Positions 18,235 through 27,125 of a stretch of 64,000 nt of DNA are shown piece by piece. The translations under genes were made by a program, and so were the position numbers. The DNA lies in the NCBI GenBank assembly GCA_016932045.1, contig JAFGDO010000030.1, positions 10,172 to 74,171 on the forward strand, in the 5' to 3' direction. Position 1 is the stretch's first letter. Each line of letters opens with the position of its first letter. Source of the DNA: Candidatus Dojkabacteria bacterium. GTDB lineage: Bacteria; Patescibacteriota; Dojkabacteria; JAHIVN01. The notes beneath the pieces are model-generated. The model ran no database searches. It was not told where the DNA came from and saw only the letters and a list, made by a program, of their open reading frames with translations.

Positions 18235-19026
18235 TTATTTATTTGCAGAATCTTCCGCATATTTTATCTGAGGCAATTCCTCAGCTTTTATTCCTTTAAG
18301 AGAATTTCCTTCATACCCTTGTATGATTTTTACACCTTCAATATCAATTGACACCCTGTCTCGTGAAGCCATTATTAGATTGGGTTCTTTCATCTCGCCT
18401 TCTGAGGGCCCTCTGTTTATGAAGCACTTCCTTGCATCCATAATTATAAGATCAGGGCTTATCACCCTGTTTAGTTCACCAATCTTTTCCTGTAACTTTC
18501 TAAAATGCAGCCAAAAACGTTCGTTTGTTTTCATCAAACCAACTGAGAGTTTTAATGCTCCAGTATATTGCGCATATGCATGAGTTTTAAGACAGGGAAG
18601 GAAAATCAGTTTGTCAACTCGATCTAAAATCTCAGGAACTGAAACACATTTTAAGAACTTCCCATTTGGAATCTCTTTCCTTACCCATTTGTGTTCATTA
18701 AGTGCCATGATCTTTGGAGCAGGTTGCATCTTTTTAAAATCAAAGATCTTTAATGTTTCCATAACCTTTCTCGTATTCTGCGAAAACGTACACGAATCAC
18801 CCAATATTACCTCTCTTGGCTTCTGTTCAAAAACAAGCTCGATAACACACCGCAGGAATTCGGGGTCAGAGGAAGCAGGAAAGGGATCGGCTGTATTGAA
18901 GTTAGGTTTTAAAAAAACAGTTTCCCCTTCGCCGATGTAGGAGCCGAATCCGCCAAGAATTTCTACTACTCTTCTTACAGATTCTTTTAAATCACCCGAT
19001 ACTTTTATTTTTGTAACTTTCTTCAT
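18235..19026 (-). CDS. DUF362 domain protein
   Basis: FLKPN, GDS, PCLKTH, TGALKL and DRVSID motifs. Confidence 0.85.
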   Translation of the reverse strand: MKKVTKIKVSGDLKESVRRVVEILGGFGSYIGEGETVFLKPNFNTADPFPASSDPEFLRCVIELVFEQKPREVILGDSCTFSQNTRKVMETLKIFDFKKMQPAPKIMALNEHKWVRKEIPNGKFLKCVSVPEILDRVDKLIFLPCLKTHAYAQYTGALKLSVGLMKTNERFWLHFRKLQEKIGELNRVISPDLIIMDARKCFINRGPSEGEMKEPNLIMASRDRVSIDIEGVKIIQGYEGNSLKGIKAEELPQIKYAEDSANK

Positions 19027-19070
19027 GTTGTTTATACACAATATACACAACACTTACACAAAAGGTCAAC

Positions 19071-20066
19071 CTAAGAAAATGCCCCGGCAAGCTGTCCGCA
19101 TGCTGCCTTTATATCCTGCCCAAAACTAAACCTTTGAACAACATTTATACCTTCTCTCTCAAGTACTGACTTGAATTCTATAATTCTAGATCTTTCCGAA
19201 GGATGGAACTCTCCTACCGGGTTACACGGTATAAGATTTACAAGACACAATTTACCCTTTAACAATCTAGCCAGCTCGAATGCATGTTCTTTTGAATCAT
19301 TAATTTTATCGATAAGAATATATTCGAACATCACTTTTCTTCTCGTCTTTTTGATGTATTCATCAATACTCTTCATAAGTGTGTCAAGGGGATACTTATC
19401 ATTTATCGGCATAAGGCTACTCCTTAGCTCATCAGTTGGCGCATGTAAGGAGATTGCAAGGTTAATCTGAAGACCCTCGTCTGCTAACCTTTTTATACCT
19501 TCAACGATTCCTGATGTCGATATTGAAATTCGTCTTGCTCCAATATTAAAGCTATCCTCATCGTTAATAACCTCGATAGCTTGAATTACATTCTCATAAT
19601 TTAGGAAAGGCTCGCCCATACCCATAAATACGACATTAGTAACTTTTACATTCTTCTTTTTTAGATATCTTGCAAACAATACAACCTGTTCAACTATTTC
19701 ATCCCACTCAAGATTTCTGACAAACCCCATGCGGCCTGTTGCGCAGAAAGTACAGGAGAGGGGACAGCCTACCTGCGTCGAAACACAGACTGTATTCCTA
19801 TCCTTATGCCTCATAAGCACTGTTTCTATCCTCTTATCGTCATTGAGTGTTATAAGAGCCTTTATAGTATTTTCATCTTTTGATTTTAAAAATAATGCTT
19901 TTATATCAAGTGGACACTTCAGTTCTAAATTCTCCCGCAGTTTCTTCGGGAGTGTAGTAGCACTTGTCCAAGTCTCTATAAGGTCAATGAAGATATGGTG
20001 TTTAACCTGCTTCAAGCGATATGAAGGTTCATTTCCAAGCAAGTTGTAAATACTATTAAGTCTCAT
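19071..20066 (-). CDS. rlmN: 23S rRNA m2A2503 radical SAM methyltransferase
   Basis: CVSTQVGCPLSCTFC, MGMGEP, ISLHA and DIKAACGQL motifs. Confidence 0.95.
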   Translation of the reverse strand: MRLNSIYNLLGNEPSYRLKQVKHHIFIDLIETWTSATTLPKKLRENLELKCPLDIKALFLKSKDENTIKALITLNDDKRIETVLMRHKDRNTVCVSTQVGCPLSCTFCATGRMGFVRNLEWDEIVEQVVLFARYLKKKNVKVTNVVFMGMGEPFLNYENVIQAIEVINDEDSFNIGARRISISTSGIVEGIKRLADEGLQINLAISLHAPTDELRSSLMPINDKYPLDTLMKSIDEYIKKTRRKVMFEYILIDKINDSKEHAFELARLLKGKLCLVNLIPCNPVGEFHPSERSRIIEFKSVLEREGINVVQRFSFGQDIKAACGQLAGAFS

Positions 20067-20220
20067 TGAGAATATTACCTAGTCCTTGATCTAATATATC
20101 TTCACGTCTAGATAAATTTAATCACAAAGCACAAGTCTAAGCAAAGATAATATGCTACGGGTATTTTAATGCTAAACTATATGCTGTGATCTTGCTATAA
20201 TAAATCATTGAAATGTTACC

Positions 20221-20688
20221 ATGCAGTTAATGGCGATCTCAAAACAGGAAATGATCAGTTCAATTTACAAAAGGTATGGGATATTGTTTCAAACTGAAAC
20301 AAAGGAAAAAGACTTACTAGATGTTTATGCCGGGAAATATACTCTTGTCGAGGTTGTAAACATTGCAAAAAGAGGCAAACCAGACAAGTTTAATGCTTCA
20401 GACCTATCTACTATCTCAACAAATGAACTTAGAAGGCTTGCAGTGAAGTATTCCAAAAGAACGATTCCTCCCTCCATAAGCAGAAAAACAGTAATAGATA
20501 TACTTCTCAAGAAGATAAATCCGGATAAACTGCCAGAAGAAGAGTTACAAGTCTTCGGTAAAAAAGGCCGATCATCACTTACGAACGCAGTTGACATGTA
20601 TGCAGGATGGATACCAAAGATTAAAAGAAAACTGAAGGACAAAGACATACACAGAGGAAAAAGAGAAGCTCGAAGGTATAGAAAATAG
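20221..20688 (+). CDS. Basic hypothetical protein
   Basis: 155-aa ORF with TGCTATAAT upstream. Confidence 0.65.
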   Translation: MQLMAISKQEMISSIYKRYGILFQTETKEKDLLDVYAGKYTLVEVVNIAKRGKPDKFNASDLSTISTNELRRLAVKYSKRTIPPSISRKTVIDILLKKINPDKLPEEELQVFGKKGRSSLTNAVDMYAGWIPKIKRKLKDKDIHRGKREARRYRK

Positions 20689-20865
20689 AAATGAGAAAGT
20701 TATTACTGGTTAAGATAATAGAAATAGGAAAATTGTTGATACAAAACAGATTTTTTGAGAAGCTATTTATTCCTGTCTAATTTCCCCTTTCCTATTTCTT
20801 TACAAGTAACTAATTTCGTATTTCCAATCTCCTTACCAGTAACCAATTTCAAACTTCCAATCTCT

Positions 20866-22116
20866 TTACATCATTGCATCAACAACTTTTTTCACAGCAA
20901 GAGCGTAGGCTCCCATCCTCATATCAGCCTTGTATTTCTTCATAGCTTCCCATGTCTGCTCGAAAGCACTCACCATCTTTTCTTTTAATTTGCCAAATAC
21001 TTCTTCTTTGCTCCATTTCTCACTTCTTTTATTCTGCATCCATTCAAAATAAGAAACGGTAACTCCACCTGCATTTGCAAGAACATCCGGCACAACAATG
21101 ATATTCTTCTTACTCAGTATAATGTCTGCATCAGGTGTTGTTGGCCCATTCGCCATTTCTATGATGTACCTTGCTTTTATATCCTTTGCATTCTCTTCGG
21201 TAATAACGTTTTCAATCGCCGAGGGAACAAGCACGTCAACATCCAGCTTAAGTAGCTCATCGTTTGTGATTTTCTCTCCCCCCTTCCATGTCTCAAATGA
21301 ACCATCCTTTTCCTTAGACTTCATAGCTTTGTCAATATCAAGTCCCTCTTTTCTATAGACAGCACTTTTAGAATCGCTAATGGCCACGACTTTGAATCCA
21401 ATCTCTTGGGCAAGTTTTGCAAAATAGTATCCAACGTTTCCCGCCCCCTGAACAGCAACTGTAGTCTTCTCTGGTATCAAATCTTCTTTCTTCGCAAGGC
21501 TTTCAAGTACATACACTCCTCCCAATCCGGTAGCCTCAGTTCTGCCTTCTGATCCACCAGCTTCAACTGGTTTTCCCGTAAATGTTGCCAACATTTCATC
21601 CCCACTATTTTTCATTTTTAATTCTTCATTCTTTATTTTGATATACTCCTCCACCATCCACTCCATGATTTCGGGCGTTGTATACATATCTGGTGCAGGA
21701 ACATCCTTTTCTGGACCAATACAATCATGAATAGCGCGGACAAATGCACGTGATAAATTCTCCAGTTCCTGCTCTGATAACTTCTTCGTATCAACAGCTA
21801 CTCCGCCTTTTCCTCCCCCGTAAGGAATATCAGCAATAGCACACTTCCAAGTCATCCACATGGAAAGAGCTTTTACCTCAGCTTCATTTACTTCAGGACT
21901 GAATCTCAGCCCTCCTTTATAAGGACCACGGGCATTATTGTGTTGGGATCTGAATCCTGTGAAAATCTTCACACTACCATCATCCATTCTTACTGGCAAA
22001 TTCACTTCTATAAATCTTTCGGGAACTGATAATCTTTGAACAACTTCAGAATCAAGTTTTAGAATTTTTGCCACATTCTCAAGTTGTTTTACAGCATTCT
22101 CATATGGATTGTTCAC
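20866..22116 (-). CDS. gdhA: Glu/Leu/Phe/Val dehydrogenase (glutamate dehydrogenase-like)
   Basis: GPYKGGLRF, GGGKGG, DVPAPD, QGAGNVG, EMANGP and NAGGVTVSYFEW motifs. Confidence 0.95.
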   Translation of the reverse strand: MNNPYENAVKQLENVAKILKLDSEVVQRLSVPERFIEVNLPVRMDDGSVKIFTGFRSQHNNARGPYKGGLRFSPEVNEAEVKALSMWMTWKCAIADIPYGGGKGGVAVDTKKLSEQELENLSRAFVRAIHDCIGPEKDVPAPDMYTTPEIMEWMVEEYIKIKNEELKMKNSGDEMLATFTGKPVEAGGSEGRTEATGLGGVYVLESLAKKEDLIPEKTTVAVQGAGNVGYYFAKLAQEIGFKVVAISDSKSAVYRKEGLDIDKAMKSKEKDGSFETWKGGEKITNDELLKLDVDVLVPSAIENVITEENAKDIKARYIIEMANGPTTPDADIILSKKNIIVVPDVLANAGGVTVSYFEWMQNKRSEKWSKEEVFGKLKEKMVSAFEQTWEAMKKYKADMRMGAYALAVKKVVDAMM

Positions 22117-22292
22117 AGATACAAGCTAAAAAATTTAGTATTCAAAATTTATCACAAACGGGAAATAATACAAGATGCGGAAAGTAAAAGGTAAGAAGTA
22201 GATAGTATCAGTCAAATACCCAAATTATCAATCTACAATCGTAAATTAAAAATTAGCAATGCAGCTATTCGCTCTCTGCCTCCAGCCTTCAG

Positions 22293-22345
22293 CTATCTAA
22301 CTATATCCCGCTCGAGGCGAATCCGACTAGGACGGAAACTATGCA
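22293..22345 (-). repeat. Dispersed repeat, copy 2 (inverted)
   Basis: Reverse complement CATAGTTTCCGTCCTAGTCGGATTCGCCTCGAGCGGGATATAGTTAGATAG resembles 6882 onward. Confidence 0.7.
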
Positions 22346-22383
22346 GTAATTCTTCTGCTTCACTGCTTATCTGTTTGCTGTTA

Positions 22384-23427
22384 CTACTCCATAAACCAAG
22401 GCAGTCCATACTCATTTATGTAGCATAACCTTGTGTCTTCATCAGTTGAACACCACCAGTACTCAATATCTCCATTCGGATAACTGCAGCCATTCTCTGC
22501 CCAGAACGAAGTCATACCTTCCACCTGGTAAATTACGCATGCTTTTTGTGCCTCAGGCGCATCGTCAAACCAGAACTCAAGGTCCCCATTTGGATAGTCG
22601 CAGTCAAGCTGATATACACAACTCAAATCATAGTTATCATAATAATCATAGTCATAAGAGTCATCATAATAGTAGTCTTCCGGATAAAGAAAATCTGGCA
22701 TACCATATGTCCAGACATAGCAATCACGCACCTGATCTGAAACAGTCCACCACCAAGTCTCAATATCACCATTTGGGAACGTACATGCATCATCGCTATA
22801 CCAGTATGAACTTTCCCAATCGCCTTCATATAAAAAGCTTGGTAGTCCATATAGATATGTATAGCAATTCCTCATATCTTCAGATACACTGTACCACCAT
22901 GTTTCAACATCGCCATTCGGAAAAGTACATACATCTGAACTATACCAATCAGGGTTAGCCCATGCATCCTGATCCCACGTGTATCCATACAAAAAAGATG
23001 GATAGCCATTCTTTTCAATATAATTTTGACGCTGTTCATCAGTTGCCGTCCACCACCATGTTTCAACATCTCCTGTGGGATATTTCTTAAGGCTTGTATT
23101 CTCTTCTAAATACTCATCCCAAACCCAGTTACCTTCATCATAATAATTCTGTGCGAATTCCGGCAAAGAGCCCATAAATCCGCATATAGCTACACTTGAA
23201 CAGCAGCAAAGCAAAAGAACTCCTATAGCTGCAACTATAAGGAAAATAATTAAACAAGAGTTGCTCGACTTTTGCTGAATAACTACAGGCTGCGGAGCAG
23301 CTGCTGGTTGTACGTACTGTACTTGCGGTTGAGGCTGCTGCTGAACCTGTTGAGCCTGGACCGGCTGTTGGACTACCTGAGGTTCTGGACTTGCAGTCTC
23401 AGTCTCCTTTACTTTCTTTTTGGGCAT
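22384..23427 (-). CDS. Single-pass membrane protein with five Trp/Tyr-rich repeats
   Basis: Q/P-rich N-terminus, TM with CCC, and five copies of [YF]P[NT]GD[VIL]ExW[WF]. Confidence 0.85.
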   Translation of the reverse strand: MPKKKVKETETASPEPQVVQQPVQAQQVQQQPQPQVQYVQPAAAPQPVVIQQKSSNSCLIIFLIVAAIGVLLLCCCSSVAICGFMGSLPEFAQNYYDEGNWVWDEYLEENTSLKKYPTGDVETWWWTATDEQRQNYIEKNGYPSFLYGYTWDQDAWANPDWYSSDVCTFPNGDVETWWYSVSEDMRNCYTYLYGLPSFLYEGDWESSYWYSDDACTFPNGDIETWWWTVSDQVRDCYVWTYGMPDFLYPEDYYYDDSYDYDYYDNYDLSCVYQLDCDYPNGDLEFWFDDAPEAQKACVIYQVEGMTSFWAENGCSYPNGDIEYWWCSTDEDTRLCYINEYGLPWFME

Positions 23428-23514
23428 GGAAATTAACTAAAAAGTTAACTGATATATACAAATCATAATAAGGGAAAAAAAGCGGGAAGTAAAGATAGTA
23501 GAATAAGAGGCAAA

Positions 23515-23847
23515 TCAGGAATCGATATGTCTTTTTGATTCAGCAAGTTTATTCCAGACTCTCTCTAAAGTAGCACTCGGAACAATCGGTAGTTCCACCC
23601 CTGTAATCATCCAGAATATTTCAGCAGTTAACCAAAGTAAGTCGCCTAGTTCTACTTTAGCATGTTCTCTGCTTGTTTCAGTTGACTGACCATGCTTTAC
23701 ATAAGGCTTATCACCATCTAACCACAAACTTATAACTTCAAATATGTGAGAAAACCAGGACTTAATTCTAGGCAGCATTTTCCCATGCCAACGGTCATAT
23801 TGTGGGATAAATTCTTTGTGGATTTTAGAGATGGTAAGATTTGTCAT
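23515..23847 (-). CDS. Hypothetical protein, possibly MazG-like NTP pyrophosphatase fold
   Basis: ELGDLLW motif. Confidence 0.5.
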   Translation of the reverse strand: MTNLTISKIHKEFIPQYDRWHGKMLPRIKSWFSHIFEVISLWLDGDKPYVKHGQSTETSREHAKVELGDLLWLTAEIFWMITGVELPIVPSATLERVWNKLAESKRHIDS

Positions 23848-23892
23848 TGAAGGAAAAACTGGTAGTATCCCCTTAATTATGAAGTAAACGTA

Positions 23893-24363
23893 CTATGACA
23901 CTAAAATGCTTTTCCTGGGGAATTTAACTTGCATTCCCCCATCTAATTTCAGTTTTAACATCTGATACTTGTCTCTACTTAAAGCACTAGTATTCCAAGC
24001 TAGATCGGGATATCTGTCCATGAATGACTTGAAACTTTCGTCAATTACAAACTCAGCATGTTCAAAACCAGATACTACTCTCTCCCCTTTTTCAGGAGCT
24101 ATCAACTCAACAGCGGAAATCCTATACTGCTTGTAAGGTAACTCTTTATGAAGTTTAAAGACACCAACTCTTCTTCCCCCAACTATGACCTCTCTTACTT
24201 CTTTGCCAATTTTCATAAACTGAGGTTTTAAATCATCATATTCCTCGTCTGAAGCTACCTTATAGGCAATATGATCTAACTTGAAATCGGAAACATCTAT
24301 TTCTAACGAGTTTAGTTCAGAAAACAACTTATCAAGAAAATTTTTATAATCTGAAAGAATCAT
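23893..24363 (-). CDS. YecM/VOC-family protein
   Basis: LDHIAYKV, VGGRRV, VELIAP, GFEHAEFV and VKF motifs. Confidence 0.85.
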   Translation of the reverse strand: MILSDYKNFLDKLFSELNSLEIDVSDFKLDHIAYKVASDEEYDDLKPQFMKIGKEVREVIVGGRRVGVFKLHKELPYKQYRISAVELIAPEKGERVVSGFEHAEFVIDESFKSFMDRYPDLAWNTSALSRDKYQMLKLKLDGGMQVKFPRKSILVS

Positions 24364-24385
24364 ATTCGAATGACAAATTAAAAGC

Positions 24386-24814
24386 TTAGTACTGAATTCT
24401 ATCTAGCACTCCTTCACCTATCTTCACAAGAAGTTCTTCAAAACTAGCGCCACCATCGAAAAGATCCTCTTTCATGCTGACAGGATCCACCATCATATAT
24501 CTATATGGCTGCTTTCTTAGATCAATTCCATATTTAAATCCCCCTTGATTTGAACCAACAACAAGAATATCAGGGAGCTCTATATCAAACTTATATCCAT
24601 GATTCTTATCGATAACTTCTTCTGCTTTCCAAAGCTCAAACCAACCGTTTTCACCTACCGCACCAACAAATCCGTTCGTATGTAAGAGTACATCCTTATA
24701 ATCTTTGGGAAGTTTTTTGTCGATCTTATCTTCTAAATCTTTAATTACTTGAATATTTGCTGGCTCTTGCTTTTCGACCTTTTGAAGGAGATTTATAATT
24801 GCTTCTGATATCAT
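24386..24814 (-). CDS. SMI1/KNR4 (SUKH) family protein
   Basis: PA...LE....LPKDYK..L..TNG, GSNQGG and SFEELL motifs. Confidence 0.85.
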   Translation of the reverse strand: MISEAIINLLQKVEKQEPANIQVIKDLEDKIDKKLPKDYKDVLLHTNGFVGAVGENGWFELWKAEEVIDKNHGYKFDIELPDILVVGSNQGGFKYGIDLRKQPYRYMMVDPVSMKEDLFDGGASFEELLVKIGEGVLDRIQY

Positions 24815-24865
24815 GAATAGACTATTATTATTTTAAATGAATATCTTTGATAAACAATTTTTTAC

Positions 24866-25843
24866 TTAATTTGAATTACTACTTTTAAAATCCTTGTAGT
24901 TATCATCAAAACCTATGGCAAAATCCGCCATACCTATCCCCTCTCCCTTCTTGTCCCAGTCAATCTCGGGAACTTCAAAGTTAGGAACTCTAAAGTTTTG
25001 GATTCTTTCATAGTCCCAATCTTCCATTGTAAAGCTATTTGCTTCCCAGTTTTCATCAATATGGGCCTTTGAAGTGGACATTACCATCGGCTTACATTCT
25101 AAATGAGCTATCCAATTAAGTATTATCTGATTTTGAGTTTTTTTATATTTCTTAGAAAGTTCAACAAGTAAATCCCAAGAATATTTTGAGGACATATTTC
25201 TTCTTAATGGTCTCCAAATTATATTTACAATTCCAAGCTTATCACAAGTATCAAATATTCCCGCATCCTGATTAATTCTTACTTCAAAACTAAGATGTGT
25301 CTCGTGTGCAAAAAGGCTGTCTCCAAATTCTTTCTTGAATTTCTTTATAAAATTCTTACCTGCGTTCGAAAGACTTACAAAGCGAGTACGTCCTGATTCC
25401 AAAAGCTTGTGTAACATACTTACTATTTTGTCATAACCATATTTGATTGTAAGCGATTGAGTAACAAGCGTAGAATCAAAATAGTCGGTATCAAATATCC
25501 TATGCATTTCATCAACATCTCTTTCGACTTCGTTAGGTAAGTTAAAATCCCTTGGATATAGAGAGTTTGTTATGAAAAGTTTAGTTCTATCAATGCCAAA
25601 ACCTTTCATTGCTTCAGAGAATAATCTACAAGCATTCCCGTGGCCATAGCCTAAGGAGATTTCTGTAAAATTATAACCACGCTTAAATTGGTATTGAAGA
25701 GAATCTATGTATATTCGATCCGACTTCTTTTCAGTAAGAGAAACATCACGATGCCCCCTTCCACCAATACCATAACTGCCTATCCCAATCCAAGACAAAG
25801 ACTCTCCTGAAACTGTTTTGGATTTTTTACTTAGATCTGTCAT
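24866..25843 (-). CDS. Aldo/keto reductase family protein, divergent
   Basis: IGIGSYG, YG.G, R..LFIT, VSLSN, QIILNW and HIDEN motifs. Confidence 0.75.
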   Translation of the reverse strand: MTDLSKKSKTVSGESLSWIGIGSYGIGGRGHRDVSLTEKKSDRIYIDSLQYQFKRGYNFTEISLGYGHGNACRLFSEAMKGFGIDRTKLFITNSLYPRDFNLPNEVERDVDEMHRIFDTDYFDSTLVTQSLTIKYGYDKIVSMLHKLLESGRTRFVSLSNAGKNFIKKFKKEFGDSLFAHETHLSFEVRINQDAGIFDTCDKLGIVNIIWRPLRRNMSSKYSWDLLVELSKKYKKTQNQIILNWIAHLECKPMVMSTSKAHIDENWEANSFTMEDWDYERIQNFRVPNFEVPEIDWDKKGEGIGMADFAIGFDDNYKDFKSSNSN

Positions 25844-25865
25844 ACGTCAAACAAACAATAATAAG

Positions 25866-26212
25866 TCGGGGTGACCCGACTTGCTCAAGGCAAGACTTGA
25901 CGACGCTAAGTTAACGAAAACAGAGTCAAAGCTTAACCTAGTCCACCGTAGCTTTAGCGTAGGTAGAAACCGGCGACCTCCCCGTACAAAGCTCACTCTG
26001 TTCGCTTATACGGGGCAAGCACGCACCCTTTTGCACCTTTTCACTTTAAAATCGGAGTGGTGGGATTTGAACCCACGACCCCGCGCACCCCATGCGCGTG
26101 CGCTAGCCACCTGCGCCACACTCCGATCGCACCTTTATCCTGTATACATTGAGCGAAGCTAAATGTTATACAGGACCATGCGTGCGCGCTAAACCAACTG
26201 CGCCGATCTCCG
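25866..26212 (-). pseudogene. Fragmented tRNA-Pro(GGG) in four pieces: 26176-26212, 26020-26027, 25968-25979, 25866-25883
   Basis: Joined pieces read CGGAGATCGGCGCAGTTGGTTTAGCGCGCACGCATGG|GGTGCGTG|AGGTCGCCGGTT|CAAGTCGGGTCACCCCGA (75 nt). D and anticodon stems pair fully; acceptor and T stems are imperfect. Confidence 0.75.
26052..26125 (-). tRNA. tRNA-Pro(GGG), intact, CCA not encoded
   Basis: CGGAGTG/CACTCCG acceptor stem, GCGC D-stem, CGCGC-ATGGGGT-GCGCG anticodon arm, GTGGG-TTCAAAT-CCCAC T-arm. Confidence 0.95.
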
Positions 26213-26396
26213 TACTTCGACAAGCTCAGTACTAGATTATAAAATATTGCTTACCTTTTTAAATATGCCATTGCCCTGAGTTCACCGAAGGGCGCCAATC
26301 CCCGTACTTCGACAAGCTCAGTACTAGATTATAAAATATTGCTTACCTTTTTAAATATACCCTTGCCCTGAGTTCACCGATGGACACCAATCCCCG
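26201..26396. repeat. 92-bp tandem repeat (two units plus 12 bp) containing the tRNA 5' end and CTTCGACAAGCTCAG / CCCTGAG..CGAAGGG REP-like motifs
   Basis: CGCC(A/G)ATC(C/T)CCG-like 12-mers at 26201, 26293 and 26385, separated by near-identical 80-bp spacers. Confidence 0.9.
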
Positions 26397-26426
26397 TCTC
26401 CCAAAGACTATCATATCCTGGAACAA

Positions 26427-27125
26427 CTACTTTCTATATATCAATTTTAAAAATTGCACAAAAAAGAAGTAACTGTAAATAGCTGCAATAAAACCAGCTA
26501 CTACTAAAATAAGTCCATAGATAACATACGCATTCCCTACAAGTACAGTAGCAAGAAATAATAGTCCTCCGGCAACCATAAACGGCACCATCCCCTTAAA
26601 AGTATCTAGCATTATTTTATCAAAATACTCTAAAATCTCAGTCTCTTGTTTAATAATTCTTTCGGATTTTTTCCAAAATAAGCTAAAAGCGAAAACTAAG
26701 AAAAATAAATTAAGAATATAAAACTCCAATATAGCATGATCAATCGAAGACTTTTTTACAAAAGTAATCAGAAGTACACTTGATATCCAAGAAATAATAT
26801 TGATTATGAAAGCCAGTACAAATGAAATTTCGAAATAAATAAATTTTTCGTTAAGCTTAAGGGATTTCATTCTGTAGAAAAGAAAAAGGCTGAAAGAAAC
26901 CAAAAGAGCAACAAAGGACGAAACAAATGACAGAAAGAATTCTTTGCCGAAAACCGGTCCCTTTCCCTCGTCTCCTAAGAAGTTTATTTCAAACTCATTC
27001 TTGAAACTAAAGATCAAAACCAGAAAAAGGATAAAGATTATGACAGAAAATACAAATCCTGAATTGATTTTTCCAAGATTAAAATTCTTTGCCGGCTTTT
27101 TAAATTTTTTCGACTTTTTACTCAT
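26427..27125 (-). CDS. Polytopic membrane protein, probably a highly reduced SecF
   Basis: Six TM segments, a GPVFGKE motif like SecF GP.xG.E, and coupling to the secD-like gene. Confidence 0.5.
   Translation of the reverse strand: MSKKSKKFKKPAKNFNLGKINSGFVFSVIIFILFLVLIFSFKNEFEINFLGDEGKGPVFGKEFFLSFVSSFVALLVSFSLFLFYRMKSLKLNEKFIYFEISFVLAFIINIISWISSVLLITFVKKSSIDHAILEFYILNLFFLVFAFSLFWKKSERIIKQETEILEYFDKIMLDTFKGMVPFMVAGGLLFLATVLVGNAYVIYGLILVVAGFIAAIYSYFFFVQFLKLIYRK

Noticed and set aside
25884-26175. Group I/II introns in tRNA
   Set aside because: The inserts (40, 84 and 148 nt) are too short and show no recognisable catalytic core.
25881-26223. ORFs 25881..26162 and 26041..26223
   Set aside because: Shadow ORFs over tRNA and palindromic sequence.
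26201-26396. CRISPR array
   Set aside because: The spacers are near-identical to each other, there are only two units, and no cas genes are present.
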